From assembly GCA_036826635.1 (NCBI GenBank), contig DAISVY010000001.1, forward strand, positions 92,425 through 156,424: a DNA stretch of 64,000 nt, written 5' to 3'. Each line of letters opens with the position of its first letter. Positions within the stretch are counted from its first letter, which is position 1. This stretch comes from Candidatus Zixiibacteriota bacterium (GTDB lineage Bacteria; Zixibacteria; MSB-5A5; GN15; FEB-12). The position numbers were made by a program, and so were the translations under genes. Below the pieces are notes generated by a model. It was not told where the DNA came from. It worked only from the letters and a program-made list of their open reading frames with translations, and did no database searches. This document shows, in pieces, positions 10,916-19,839 of this stretch.

Positions 10916-12073
10916 CTATTGCTGAGCCAAAACAAAACGTTTGCCGGAGAGTTCCTGAATTATTCCTTTCAACTCCAGGGCAAGCAGGTATTCCATCAAT
11001 TCCGATATGGGAAGCTCGATCTGTCGGCTGAGCTGATCGATCTGGACAGGCCCGGCCTCAAGGAGTCCCATCATTCGTTTTTCCATGTCGGTCAAATCGG
11101 ATGATTGCTTGAACGCCTTGACTTTTACCGTCCCGTTGAGGCGGGGGAGTTCGTCGAAAATATCCTGCGTTTCGGTCAACAGGCGAGCCCCGTCCTTGAT
11201 AAGACGATTAGTGCCGATACTTCGCCGGGCGGTCGGTGATCCCGGCACGGCGAACAACTCGCGACCCTGTTCCAGAGCACATTCCGCCGTGATTAAAGCG
11301 CCCGATTTCTGACCGGCCTCCACCACCACTACACCTTCACACAGTCCCGCTATGATGCGGTTACGCTCCGGGAAATTGGTCGCCCGTGATTCCACCCCGG
11401 GGAAATATTCGGAGTAGATAGTTCCCTGCCGGCTGATCTCGTCGGCCAGGGCACGATTGGACGCCGGGTAGACCTGGTTCAGCGGTGTTCCCCATACCGC
11501 CACGGTTTTCCCTTCGGCTTCCAGGGCTCCCCGGTGAGCGGCCGAATCGATTCCTTCGGCCATGCCGGAAACAACTATAATCCCGGCCCGGGAGAGATCC
11601 GAGGCCAGTTGGTGTGCGAAACGGCATCCTCCCTCGCTGGCGTGGCGCGTGCCTACGATTGCGATCATTCTGTCGTCCGCGGTCCAGGGACGGCCCAGCC
11701 GGAAAAGCACCGGCGGATAATCCGGAATACGGCTAAGGATCTTCGGGTAAGCCGATGATTCGGGGAAAAGAACGGCCCAGCCAAGCTGTATCACCCGAGC
11801 GCTTATCTGGCCGGCCTTATCCGGGTCGGTTTTCTTCAGAATGGCCGAGGCTGTCGTTCTTGAGATCCCGGGGACTTCCGTGAGCGAGTTCAGCGACGCT
11901 GAGAGCACCGCCGAAGGCGAACCGAAATGCTTCACCAGGCGGTTGAATCGGCCGCGACCGACCCCGGGTACTTCCAGCAGCGCGATAGTATCTCGCAGAC
12001 GTGCTTGTATCTCAGAGTTGGTCAAGGCACCTCTCAATAGCCTGAAGGAATTTGCGCGTTCCTTTTCCGGCAA
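10916..12073 (-). CDS. dprA: DNA-processing protein DprA/Smf (canonical copy, with C-terminal winged-helix)
   Basis: 385 aa with an N-terminal HhH/SAM-like region (EVPGVGRGRFNRLVKHFGSP). The Rossmann core has VSGMAEGIDSAAHRGAL. The C-terminal DML1-like WH is PISELMEYLLALELKGIIQE. The ATG start overlaps the obg 3' end by 62 nt. An in-frame TTG about 12 nt before the obg stop is an alternative start. Confidence 0.88.
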   Translation of the reverse strand: MPEKERANSFRLLRGALTNSEIQARLRDTIALLEVPGVGRGRFNRLVKHFGSPSAVLSASLNSLTEVPGISRTTASAILKKTDPDKAGQISARVIQLGWAVLFPESSAYPKILSRIPDYPPVLFRLGRPWTADDRMIAIVGTRHASEGGCRFAHQLASDLSRAGIIVVSGMAEGIDSAAHRGALEAEGKTVAVWGTPLNQVYPASNRALADEISRQGTIYSEYFPGVESRATNFPERNRIIAGLCEGVVVVEAGQKSGALITAECALEQGRELFAVPGSPTARRSIGTNRLIKDGARLLTETQDIFDELPRLNGTVKVKAFKQSSDLTDMEKRMMGLLEAGPVQIDQLSRQIELPISELMEYLLALELKGIIQELSGKRFVLAQQ

Positions 12074-12989
12074 CGGCCGAGATGCAAATATACTCGTCCG
12101 GCAATTGTGCGGAAATCTCTTTTACATCCCTTTCGCTAACCGTGTCGATTTTGGTGATTACGGTCAGCGAAGGACGATCCGGGAGCGTTTGGTCAAATTC
12201 CGAGAGTTCCTGCTCAAGCGTTTCTCTTGTCTTTTCAATGTCGATTTCGTTGATGTCGATCACGTAAACCAGCAACCGGGTGCGTTGGATATGCTTGAGG
12301 AACTGGTGCCCCAGCCCTTTTCCTTCGGCCGCACCTTTTATAAGGCCCGGAATATCGGCCATAACACACGACTTGTGTTCCCGCAATCTGACAATCCCCA
12401 GATTAGGGATCAGGGTGGTAAAGGGGTAATCGGCTATTTTGGGGCGAGCCGCCGAAAAAGCAGCCAGGATGGTCGATTTCCCGGCGTTGGGCATTCCTAC
12501 TAAGCCCACGTCCGCCAGCAGCTTGAGTTCCAGGGAAAGACGTCGTTTTTCTCCGGGGATGCCTGTCTGGGCTTTTCGCGGAGCCTGGTTGGTGGCTGTT
12601 TTGAAATATGCGTTTCCGTGCCCGCCCAGACCGCCTCTGGCAATTATCACCCGGGCTTCGGGCTCATCGAGATCGGCCAGTATCTGTCCCGATTCAAGGT
12701 CGGTAATGACAGTACCGACGGGCACCTGTACGATGGTGTCCTGGGCGGAAGCTCCCGTTTTGAGTCCGCCGCGTCCCGGCTGACCGTGGGGCGCTTTGTA
12801 TTTCTTGCGATAGCGCTGTTCCAGAAGGGTGGTCAAATGCGGATTGGCTGCCGCCACGATATTCCCGCCCTGGCCGCCGTCTCCGCCGTCCGGTCCTCCC
12901 TGGGGTACATATTTTTCCCGGTGGAAGGACACACAGCCCGAACCGCCGTTGCCGGCCGCGACTTCAATCTCCACATAATCGACAAACAT
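12012..12989 (-). CDS. obg: GTPase Obg/CgtA
   Basis: The ORF is 12012..13106. I prefer the Met at 12989 (MFVDYVEIEVAAGNGGSGCVSFHREKYVPQGGPDGGDGGQGGNI), which is the Obg Gly-rich N-domain. G1 is GMPNAGKST, G3 is DIPGLI and G4 is TKID. Confidence 0.93.
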   Translation of the reverse strand: MFVDYVEIEVAAGNGGSGCVSFHREKYVPQGGPDGGDGGQGGNIVAAANPHLTTLLEQRYRKKYKAPHGQPGRGGLKTGASAQDTIVQVPVGTVITDLESGQILADLDEPEARVIIARGGLGGHGNAYFKTATNQAPRKAQTGIPGEKRRLSLELKLLADVGLVGMPNAGKSTILAAFSAARPKIADYPFTTLIPNLGIVRLREHKSCVMADIPGLIKGAAEGKGLGHQFLKHIQRTRLLVYVIDINEIDIEKTRETLEQELSEFDQTLPDRPSLTVITKIDTVSERDVKEISAQLPDEYICISAVAGKGTRKFLQAIERCLDQL

Positions 12990-13095
12990 GCGGCCAATAT
13001 CCCCCGCGCCGGGGCAAAAGTCAAATAACACCGCCGACCGACGGTCGGAAATTATCGATGGCGACAATTGACGCCGCCCACCCGCACCGTTATAT

Positions 13096-13752
13096 TTGCC
13101 CGGCACTGGAACGAAAGGACGCCTCAGCTTGACCGGAATAAATCAAAGAAAGCGCCAGATATACGAGGAATCGTCGCTTTTTCTCGGGCATATCTGTGTG
13201 AAGCTGGGTTTCAAGCCCAACGTCATTACGATTGTCTCTCTCTGTTGTGCTGCCGTCTCAGGGATATTCTTCTGGCGGGGGGATATGATCTGGGGGGTGG
13301 TCTGGATGGTGCTCACGTCATTTACGGACATGCTCGACGGTTCGACAGCTCGTGCCGGTAATATCGGTACCGTGTTCGGTGGTATATTCGATCACGTTTC
13401 AGACCGTTACGGAGAGTTTTTTATCCTGGCCGGTATTACCATGTCGGGAGCGGTGCATCCCGGCTGGGGATTGTTTGCCCTGTTCGGTATGCTCATTGCG
13501 AGTTACACGCGGGCGGCGGCGGAATCGATGGGGAAAATAGCAAACTGCGCGGTTGGTATAATGGGACGAATGGAAAAGTTCCTGTTGATTATCGCCGGTT
13601 CTATCGCAGAGCATTTCCTTCCGGCCGGAACGTGGCCCATGGGACGCTGGCTGGAGTTTGCTCTTATCATAGTCGGGGTGACGTCGACAATTACCGCCGT
13701 GCAGCGGTTGATTTATACCAAGAAATTACTCGGCGATAAGCAGAAAGTGTAA
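13096..13752 (+). CDS. CDP-alcohol phosphatidyltransferase family protein (head-group specificity unknown)
   Basis: 218 aa polytopic protein. DMLDGSTARAGNIGTVFGGIFDHVSD fits D-x2-DG-x2-AR-x8-G-x3-D-x3-D exactly. The start is a TTG, so the exact start is uncertain. Confidence 0.8.
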   Translation: MPGTGTKGRLSLTGINQRKRQIYEESSLFLGHICVKLGFKPNVITIVSLCCAAVSGIFFWRGDMIWGVVWMVLTSFTDMLDGSTARAGNIGTVFGGIFDHVSDRYGEFFILAGITMSGAVHPGWGLFALFGMLIASYTRAAAESMGKIANCAVGIMGRMEKFLLIIAGSIAEHFLPAGTWPMGRWLEFALIIVGVTSTITAVQRLIYTKKLLGDKQKV

Positions 13753-13815
13753 GAGAGCCGTTTCTCTCCGTGAGGTGACTGCTTCGGTAAATACAAAACA
13801 AGGACTGCTTCAATT

Positions 13816-14751
13816 ATGATAACGGCTATCGGCAACCCGGTTTACGATTATATTAAGACTCAGAAAATAAACACCGGCAGTCGTGTGCTCTCCGGCTGCT
13901 CCACCAACGCCGCCCTGGCCCTGGCCAAACTGGGTGAGCCGGTACGGCTGATCGGGGCAATCGGCGACGATGTCAAAGGCAGGTTTATCGGCGATCTGCA
14001 GCGCTACCGTATCGATTACCAGATCATTTCATCGGAAGAGACCGGCGGGTTCTCGCTTATTTACTACGATGATTTCGGTAATCGCACTCTTGATCTTCTC
14101 GGTCGGGCCGCCAATATCGAATCGGTTGACCCGAAATGGTATGTTGATTCGAAAGCCGTGTTGATCGGGCCGATTCTGGGTGAAATTTCGTTTGAGGTCA
14201 TTCGTAAGATTCGCGCGCGGCATCATGCGCTGCTGTTTTGCGATCCCCAGGGGTTGTTGCGCGGTGCTGACGACGACGGCCACATATATCATGAAAAACC
14301 GGACGGTATCGAGTCGATTCTGGGATTGTTCGATATCGTTAAACCCAACGAACTCGAAGGCAAAGTGCTTACCGGTATCGATTGTCGTGAGGATCCTTAC
14401 GAGGCGGCCCGGATCATCAAATCATGGGGTCCGAAAATAGTCATTATCACCCTGGCCGAGTTGGGCTCGATTGTATACGACGGTGATCGTTTTTTCGATA
14501 TTCCCCCTTATCAAATCAGGCTGCTCGATGCTACCGGAGCGGGGGACACGTACATGGCCGGATTCACCTACGAGTATCTGCGCACCGACGGAGACCTGCG
14601 CGCGGCCGGATGTTTCGCCTCGTGCGTTTCATCGATAATGATAGAGCAGGTTGGTCCGGGTTTTGAACTGAAGGAGTCGGAAGTCCGGCATCGTCAGGAA
14701 TCGCTTTTGAATATGCCGGATTTTCGCCCGGCTGTCGCCGTGAACAAATAA
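13816..14751 (+). CDS. PfkB-family carbohydrate/ribokinase-like kinase (copy 1)
   Basis: 311 aa with the C-terminal PfkB signature LLDATGAGDTYMAGF. Substrate cannot be assigned. Confidence 0.8.
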   Translation: MITAIGNPVYDYIKTQKINTGSRVLSGCSTNAALALAKLGEPVRLIGAIGDDVKGRFIGDLQRYRIDYQIISSEETGGFSLIYYDDFGNRTLDLLGRAANIESVDPKWYVDSKAVLIGPILGEISFEVIRKIRARHHALLFCDPQGLLRGADDDGHIYHEKPDGIESILGLFDIVKPNELEGKVLTGIDCREDPYEAARIIKSWGPKIVIITLAELGSIVYDGDRFFDIPPYQIRLLDATGAGDTYMAGFTYEYLRTDGDLRAAGCFASCVSSIMIEQVGPGFELKESEVRHRQESLLNMPDFRPAVAVNK

Positions 14752-14793
14752 ATCGTATTAAAACTCCAACCCCGCAAGAAGGAGGTGCGGCCT

Positions 14794-15348
14794 ATGACCG
14801 ATTCCCTGTTGCTCAAGCGTCGGAGTAAACGGGCCTACGCCGACCGACCGATTCCACCGGAGGTACTTAATCGCGTAATCGAGAAAACCCGCTGGTCGCC
14901 CTCGTGTCTTAACAACCAGCCCTGGCGGTTTGTTTTCGTTTCCGAGCGCTCACGCCATGCCGCTTTGGTCGCGGCTCTGGCGTCCGGCAATCACTGGGCG
15001 GCCCGGGCGCCGGTGCTGGTGGTCGGGTGTGCCCGCGAGGAAGACGATTACACGCGCAATGACGACCCCGTGGCCTATTATCAGTTCGATTGCGGTCTGG
15101 CCGTTATGGGGTTGCTGCTGGCTGCCGTGGAAGAACATCTGATGGGTCACCCGATGGCGGGATACGATGCCGCCGCCATTCACGAAGTGCTGGACATTCC
15201 GCCCGAGTGGCACGTTATGTGTGTGATCTCGCTGGGTTACGAGGGATCGGTGGACGATCTGGACAAGCGGGCGCGGGCTTCCGACGAGGCCCCCCGGCAA
15301 CGGAAGGCGGTCAACGAGATCGTGTCTTTCGACAGATTCGAGTTTTGA
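14794..15348 (+). CDS. Nitroreductase-family protein
   Basis: The ORF is 14785..15348 (GTG). I prefer the ATG at 14794, 8 nt after AAGGAGG. LLKRRSKRAY and SPSCLNNQPWRF are typical nitroreductase N-terminal motifs. Confidence 0.75.
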   Translation: MTDSLLLKRRSKRAYADRPIPPEVLNRVIEKTRWSPSCLNNQPWRFVFVSERSRHAALVAALASGNHWAARAPVLVVGCAREEDDYTRNDDPVAYYQFDCGLAVMGLLLAAVEEHLMGHPMAGYDAAAIHEVLDIPPEWHVMCVISLGYEGSVDDLDKRARASDEAPRQRKAVNEIVSFDRFEF

Positions 15349-15448
15349 TTTTTCGGCTGTGTGATATATAATATAGAGTAACGGCACAATCCGGATTGAA
15401 TTACCGGTGTGCTGCCGGGTAGCGACAACTCTGTTCTCGGGGGAGATT

Positions 15449-17068
15449 ATGTTACTTCACAAGATTGTACCTGCTTGTCTGCTGATCGCGATACTGAGCG
15501 TACCGGCCGGTGGTGCGCGCGCCGACGAAGCCACGTTTCGCATACAGAGCTTCATTCCGGAGTATTTTACCGATCTGGAGTGGACCATCACCGGGAAAGC
15601 ACACTTTCATGGGAGAAACTCTGACCAGAGCGGTGACCTGATACGGGCGGGAGGGGAACTTTCCGACTACGATGAGGACAATCAGTCACTTAGTGTGTCA
15701 TCCCGGCTCAAATACGAATGGGTGACGCTGCCTCGCTTCTTCACTTCTTCTTTGGCTGTCTCTACAGGATATGGTGCAAAAACCAGTACATCAGGCCAAA
15801 CTGAAAATATCGACGAGTATAGATATAGAGACTACACTAATAAGTATGACTTGAAAGATTATAATTTCGGAATTGGCCAGTCTCTTGAATGTGGGCAGTA
15901 CTTGTACGGGGATTTCTTTGTCTCTGCCGAGGCTGCCTATTCTTATCGCTATGAGGGTTACCCGAAATACGAGACCTCCGCATACAATTTTTATCGGTAT
16001 GTACATCCGGGATATATACGGGAGGACAACTCGAACATTTTCCAGAAGTTCGATGATGATAGCAAGACTCACCAACTCAGTGGTCAGTTTAACCTTGGTT
16101 GGGGACGGATGTATGAGGGGCGTTTCGCCGCGTTCGCAATTGACATGGTCGACGAGTTGAGAAAGTCCGGTCTCATAAAGCACGAGCCGACCTACGACCA
16201 GATGCTGACTCTTACCGAGATGATCTATCAATATCGCCGGAAGCATATTATTGATTCCCGGCTGCGTCGCATAGAAGCTCTGGAGGCTGTTCTTTCCTAT
16301 TTGATCGAGGAAGGTGTCATCGAAGATCCGGGGCCATACGGATGTCTTCTTGTCCAGGATGTCTGGGATTATTTCCCCGAGGGAGATGTCAGCCGCTCCT
16401 TCGGTTTTACGGCCGAAATGGGTGTCGGGTTGGGTTATTCACGTTTAAGCGAACAGCACGGAAGAACAGACACGCAACATGAGTTTATAATCCGGTATTA
16501 TCCCGATTCTCTTGACGTGATAGATACGTTGTCTATGTCTGATGAGACAATCTACAGCTTCACGTATATCAGGCAGACGGAGCAGAGACCTTTCCTGGAG
16601 GCCCGGTTGCAATATGCTCTTCCGATCAACAAGCGCTGGCAGTTCGATGCTGTTTGTGAAGGCCTGTACCGGTTTGACGACTATAGAAATGTCGTCAGAG
16701 GTGAGATTACGGAAAATGCCGACTACGATGATTACTATCAGGTTTACGGTTTGGCCGAGGCCCGGTATTTCTACGACTCACGCACTACGCTGGATGTTCG
16801 GGCCAAGTACGGGGTTCAAAGCTGGCGCGCTGAGTATACCAGGGATAACCGTCTTGAGCCCTCGGAATTTTCCAGAAGAATCGATGATGTCGACAAGTGG
16901 ACGTTTTCATTTGTTTCCAGTCTCCAGTACCGAATTTCGATACCGACAACTCTCACAGTTTCTTTTGGATATGGCGCAAACAGCATTGAGCAAGGCGGCG
17001 ATTTGTCGGATGACGTCGACAATAACAGCTACGATATCTCCGCGGGTCTCAGCCATTACTTGTTCTAA
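15449..17068 (+). CDS. Hypothetical outer-membrane beta-barrel-like protein
   Basis: The ORF is 15407..17068. The likely start is MLLHKIVPACLLIAILSVPAGGARA (a signal peptide) after GGGGAG. The protein is Y/D/E/R-rich with alternating-pattern stretches. The C-terminus …GLSHYLF ends in an aromatic residue, as in OMP beta-signals. Confidence 0.5.
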   Translation: MLLHKIVPACLLIAILSVPAGGARADEATFRIQSFIPEYFTDLEWTITGKAHFHGRNSDQSGDLIRAGGELSDYDEDNQSLSVSSRLKYEWVTLPRFFTSSLAVSTGYGAKTSTSGQTENIDEYRYRDYTNKYDLKDYNFGIGQSLECGQYLYGDFFVSAEAAYSYRYEGYPKYETSAYNFYRYVHPGYIREDNSNIFQKFDDDSKTHQLSGQFNLGWGRMYEGRFAAFAIDMVDELRKSGLIKHEPTYDQMLTLTEMIYQYRRKHIIDSRLRRIEALEAVLSYLIEEGVIEDPGPYGCLLVQDVWDYFPEGDVSRSFGFTAEMGVGLGYSRLSEQHGRTDTQHEFIIRYYPDSLDVIDTLSMSDETIYSFTYIRQTEQRPFLEARLQYALPINKRWQFDAVCEGLYRFDDYRNVVRGEITENADYDDYYQVYGLAEARYFYDSRTTLDVRAKYGVQSWRAEYTRDNRLEPSEFSRRIDDVDKWTFSFVSSLQYRISIPTTLTVSFGYGANSIEQGGDLSDDVDNNSYDISAGLSHYLF

Positions 17069-17712
17069 GCTTTGATGCCGTCGAACAGGAACGACGCCAG
17101 GTACTCTTCTGTCCGGCGGCGCGGCGCGTAACGACCCGAGAACTGCCGTCGGACCAGAGCTTCCATAACCATCGATACCAGGTACTCGGTCAGGTCGGTT
17201 TCAAAATCGCCCCGTATTTCTCCGGTGCGAACCCCGCGCTCCACGATATCGCGCACGTACTCGCGGAAGTGTCGTTCCAGGTCGATGCCTTCCAGAACAA
17301 CCCCGGCGTGATCCAGGGCGTGGGTAACGAAAACATAGAAAGTCTGCTCCGAGGCATGCAGCCGGGCGTTGCCCACCAGCGACCGATACAGGTATATCAG
17401 GCGGTCCCGCGCCAGGGCAACTTTCTCCAGCCGACGAAGGTCTCCGACCCATTTGGCCAGACGGTCGTCCAGAATCAGGACCGTGAACTCCAGCAGGTGA
17501 CTCTTGGACTGAAAATACTGGAAGAACGAACCCTTGGAAATTCCGGCCTCTCGCGCCATGCGGTCCACGGACATTCCGTCGTATCCGTAGCGCCCGAACA
17601 GGCCGATAGCGGTTTGATATATCTGGTCTTTCTTCTCCGGCGGCAGGCGCCGAAACGTATCCGAAACCACCTTCCGGCCGACCAGTTCCGTGACCGTATT
17701 CTCATCGAGCAT
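17065..17712 (-). CDS. TetR/AcrR-family transcriptional regulator
   Basis: 215 aa with the N-terminal HTH GYDGMSVDRMAREAGISKGSFFQYFQSKSHLL. Confidence 0.85.
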   Translation of the reverse strand: MLDENTVTELVGRKVVSDTFRRLPPEKKDQIYQTAIGLFGRYGYDGMSVDRMAREAGISKGSFFQYFQSKSHLLEFTVLILDDRLAKWVGDLRRLEKVALARDRLIYLYRSLVGNARLHASEQTFYVFVTHALDHAGVVLEGIDLERHFREYVRDIVERGVRTGEIRGDFETDLTEYLVSMVMEALVRRQFSGRYAPRRRTEEYLASFLFDGIKA

Positions 17713-17744
17713 ATTAAGTTCTCCGTTCTCTGCCGCTTGTCTGA

Positions 17745-17762
17745 TATGACCAAACAGTCATA
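17745..17762. promoter_or_regulatory. Inverted repeat TATGAC-N6-GTCATA, candidate TetR operator
   Basis: Perfect 6-bp arms at 17745-17750 and 17757-17762, 33 nt upstream of the tetR start, in the divergent tetR/ino1 intergenic region. Confidence 0.3.
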
Positions 17763-17810
17763 ATTTATATACTAATGTTATATATTTTGATTCTCTTTGC
17801 AAATACTTTC

Positions 17811-17840
17811 TTGACCCGTACGAGGGCGGACGGATATATT
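17811..17840 (+). promoter_or_regulatory. Sigma70-like promoter candidate for the inositol-3-phosphate synthase gene
   Basis: TTGACC (17811-17816), an 18-nt spacer, then TATATT (17835-17840), ~70 nt upstream of the ATG at 17909. Confidence 0.3.
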
Positions 17841-17908
17841 GGCGCAACTAATTCGTGATGAGAATAACTGATTGAATAAACCGTATACGACAAGGAAGGA
17901 CAAAGAAC

Positions 17909-19114
17909 ATGGGAAAAGTACGAGTTGCCATCATCGGTGTCGGTAATTGTGCGTCGTCACTGGTGCAGGGCGTCGAGTTTTACAAGAAGGCGAAAGATGA
18001 CGAACACATTCCGGGATTGATGCACGTTAATCTCGGCGGTTATCATATTCGCGACATCGAGTTCTCGGCGGCTATCGATATCGACAAGAATAAAGTCGGC
18101 AAAGATCTGGCTGATGCGATTTATACGTACCCCAATAACACGTACAAGTTCTGCAAGGTGCCCAAGACCGGTATCAAGGTACAGCGCGGCATGACCCACG
18201 ACGGTTTGGGATATTATCTCTCGCAGGTGATCGAGAAAGCCCCCGGTGACACGGTGGATATCGTCAAGCTGCTCAAAGACACCAAGACCGACGTTGTTAT
18301 CAACTATCTGCCGGTTGGTTCGGAAGAAGCCACCAAGTGGTACGTGGAGCAGGTTCTGGATGCCGGCTGTGGTTTGGTAAACTGCATTCCGGTGTTTATC
18401 GCCCGCGAGCCGTATTGGCAGAAACGTTTCAAAGAGCGCGGCCTGCCGGTGATCGGCGACGATATCAAATCGCAGGTCGGGGCCACGATTGCCCACCGGG
18501 TTCTCACGCGTCTTTTCCTGGAGCGCGGTGTGCGGCTGGAGAGAACCAGCCAGTTGAACGTCGGCGGCAATACGGATTTCCTCAATATGCTTGAGCGCTC
18601 CCGCCTGGAGTCCAAGAAAATATCCAAGACCAACGCCGTGACCAGCCAGCTCGATTATGAAATGGCGCCCGCCAATATCCATATCGGACCGTCGGATTAC
18701 GTGCAGTGGCTGGATGATCGCAAATGGGCCTACATCCGCATGGAAGGTACTACTTTCGGCAACGTGCCGCTCAATATCGAAATGAAGATGGAGGTCTGGG
18801 ACAGCCCCAACTCCGCCGGTGTGGTTATTGATTCTTTGCGCTGTTGCAAGCTGGCCCTGGACAACAAACTCTCGGGAGCCATTATCGAGCCGTCTTCTTA
18901 TTTCAAGAAGTCGCCGCCGGTTCAGTATACCGACAGCGAGGCCCGGCGTCTTACCGAGGAGTTCATCGCCAAGTACGGTTGGAAACAGGTTGAGGAAAAG
19001 CCCAAACGTACACGCGCCGCAGCCAAGAAGCCGGAAGTCAAGAAACCGGCCGTCAAAAAGGTCGAGCGAAAAACCACGGCCAAGAGTAAGCGAGTGGTGA
19101 AAACGAAAAAATAG
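17909..19114 (+). CDS. ino1: myo-Inositol-3-phosphate synthase (archaeal/bacterial short type) with Lys-rich C-terminal extension
   Basis: 401 aa. N-terminal NAD-binding [18 protein letters not shown], then [11 protein letters not shown] and LNVGGNTDF regions typical of the family. The last ~44 aa are a K/R/A/P-rich tail. Confidence 0.87.
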   Translation: MGKVRVAIIGVGNCASSLVQGVEFYKKAKDDEHIPGLMHVNLGGYHIRDIEFSAAIDIDKNKVGKDLADAIYTYPNNTYKFCKVPKTGIKVQRGMTHDGLGYYLSQVIEKAPGDTVDIVKLLKDTKTDVVINYLPVGSEEATKWYVEQVLDAGCGLVNCIPVFIAREPYWQKRFKERGLPVIGDDIKSQVGATIAHRVLTRLFLERGVRLERTSQLNVGGNTDFLNMLERSRLESKKISKTNAVTSQLDYEMAPANIHIGPSDYVQWLDDRKWAYIRMEGTTFGNVPLNIEMKMEVWDSPNSAGVVIDSLRCCKLALDNKLSGAIIEPSSYFKKSPPVQYTDSEARRLTEEFIAKYGWKQVEEKPKRTRAAAKKPEVKKPAVKKVERKTTAKSKRVVKTKK

Positions 19115-19146
19115 AGTTTTCCCGATCAAATAATTTGGCTACTTTG

Positions 19147-19182
19147 AACCGGCGGTGGAAACATCGCCGGTTTCTCTTTTTT
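19147..19182 (+). terminator. Rho-independent terminator after ino1
   Basis: AACCGGCG-gtggaaacat-CGCCGGTT (8-bp stem) followed by TCTCTTTTTT. It lies inside the 5' extension of ORF 19135.., which supports the downstream tmk start. Confidence 0.6.
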
Positions 19183-19200
19183 CATGACGCGAGGGTTATT

Positions 19201-19839
19201 ATGGCCGCCGGGAAACAAGCCGGGACATCGTTGTTGGTGACGTTTGAAGGTATCGATGGTTGTGGAAAATCGACCCAGCTTGACCTGTCGGAGCGTTACC
19301 TGCGCGGTTGGGGCTATCGGGTGGCCCGACTGCGTGAGCCCGGTTCCACGCCGGTGGCCGAGAGAATTCGACGGATTCTTCTGAACAGAAATTCCTCCAT
19401 GACCGATATAACCGAACTTTTGCTGTACGAAGCGGCCCGCAACGATGTTACCAGTCGCCAGATTGAGCCCCTGCTTTCGTCCGGTTGTATCGTTTTGTGT
19501 GATCGCTTTTACGACAGCACCACCGCTTATCAGGGATACGGTCGGAAGCTGGATATAAATATGGTCAGGCGTCTGCATCGTGTTGCGGTGGGGGATATCA
19601 AACCGGATCTGACCCTGTTGTTTGACATTAGTGTCGCCGTTGCCCGTCGCCGGCTGGGGAAACAACGTGATCGTCTGGAAGCTCAGTCGCGGGCTTTTTT
19701 CAATCGTGTCCGCCGAGGTTTTCTGGATATCGCCGCGCACGAATCCCGGCGGGTGAAGGTTATCAATGGCGGTCGGCCGGTTGAACATGTCTTCGACGAA
19801 GTGAAACAGCACCTCGACAGGAAACTCCGCTACCGATGA
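19201..19839 (+). CDS. tmk: Thymidylate kinase
   Basis: The ORF is 19135..19839. I prefer the ATG at 19201 (MAAGKQAGTSLLVTFEGIDGCGKSTQ), which places the P-loop at the usual distance from the N-terminus. The terminator upstream also argues against the longer form. Confidence 0.9.
   Translation: MAAGKQAGTSLLVTFEGIDGCGKSTQLDLSERYLRGWGYRVARLREPGSTPVAERIRRILLNRNSSMTDITELLLYEAARNDVTSRQIEPLLSSGCIVLCDRFYDSTTAYQGYGRKLDINMVRRLHRVAVGDIKPDLTLLFDISVAVARRRLGKQRDRLEAQSRAFFNRVRRGFLDIAAHESRRVKVINGGRPVEHVFDEVKQHLDRKLRYR

Noticed and set aside
12012-12073. A 62-nt overlap between the obg 3' end and the dprA 5' end, considered as a sign of a frameshift or pseudogene.
   Set aside because: Both ORFs are full-length with intact motifs. 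An in-frame TTG preceded by GAGAGG, about 12 nt before the obg stop, gives a conventional short overlap.
17957-19129. A 390-aa minus-strand ORF spanning the whole inositol-3-phosphate synthase gene.
   Set aside because: It is fully antisense to a gene with clear family motifs. Its translation is R/G/L/H/D-rich with no motif, signal or RBS. This is a typical shadow ORF of a codon-biased, GC-rich gene.
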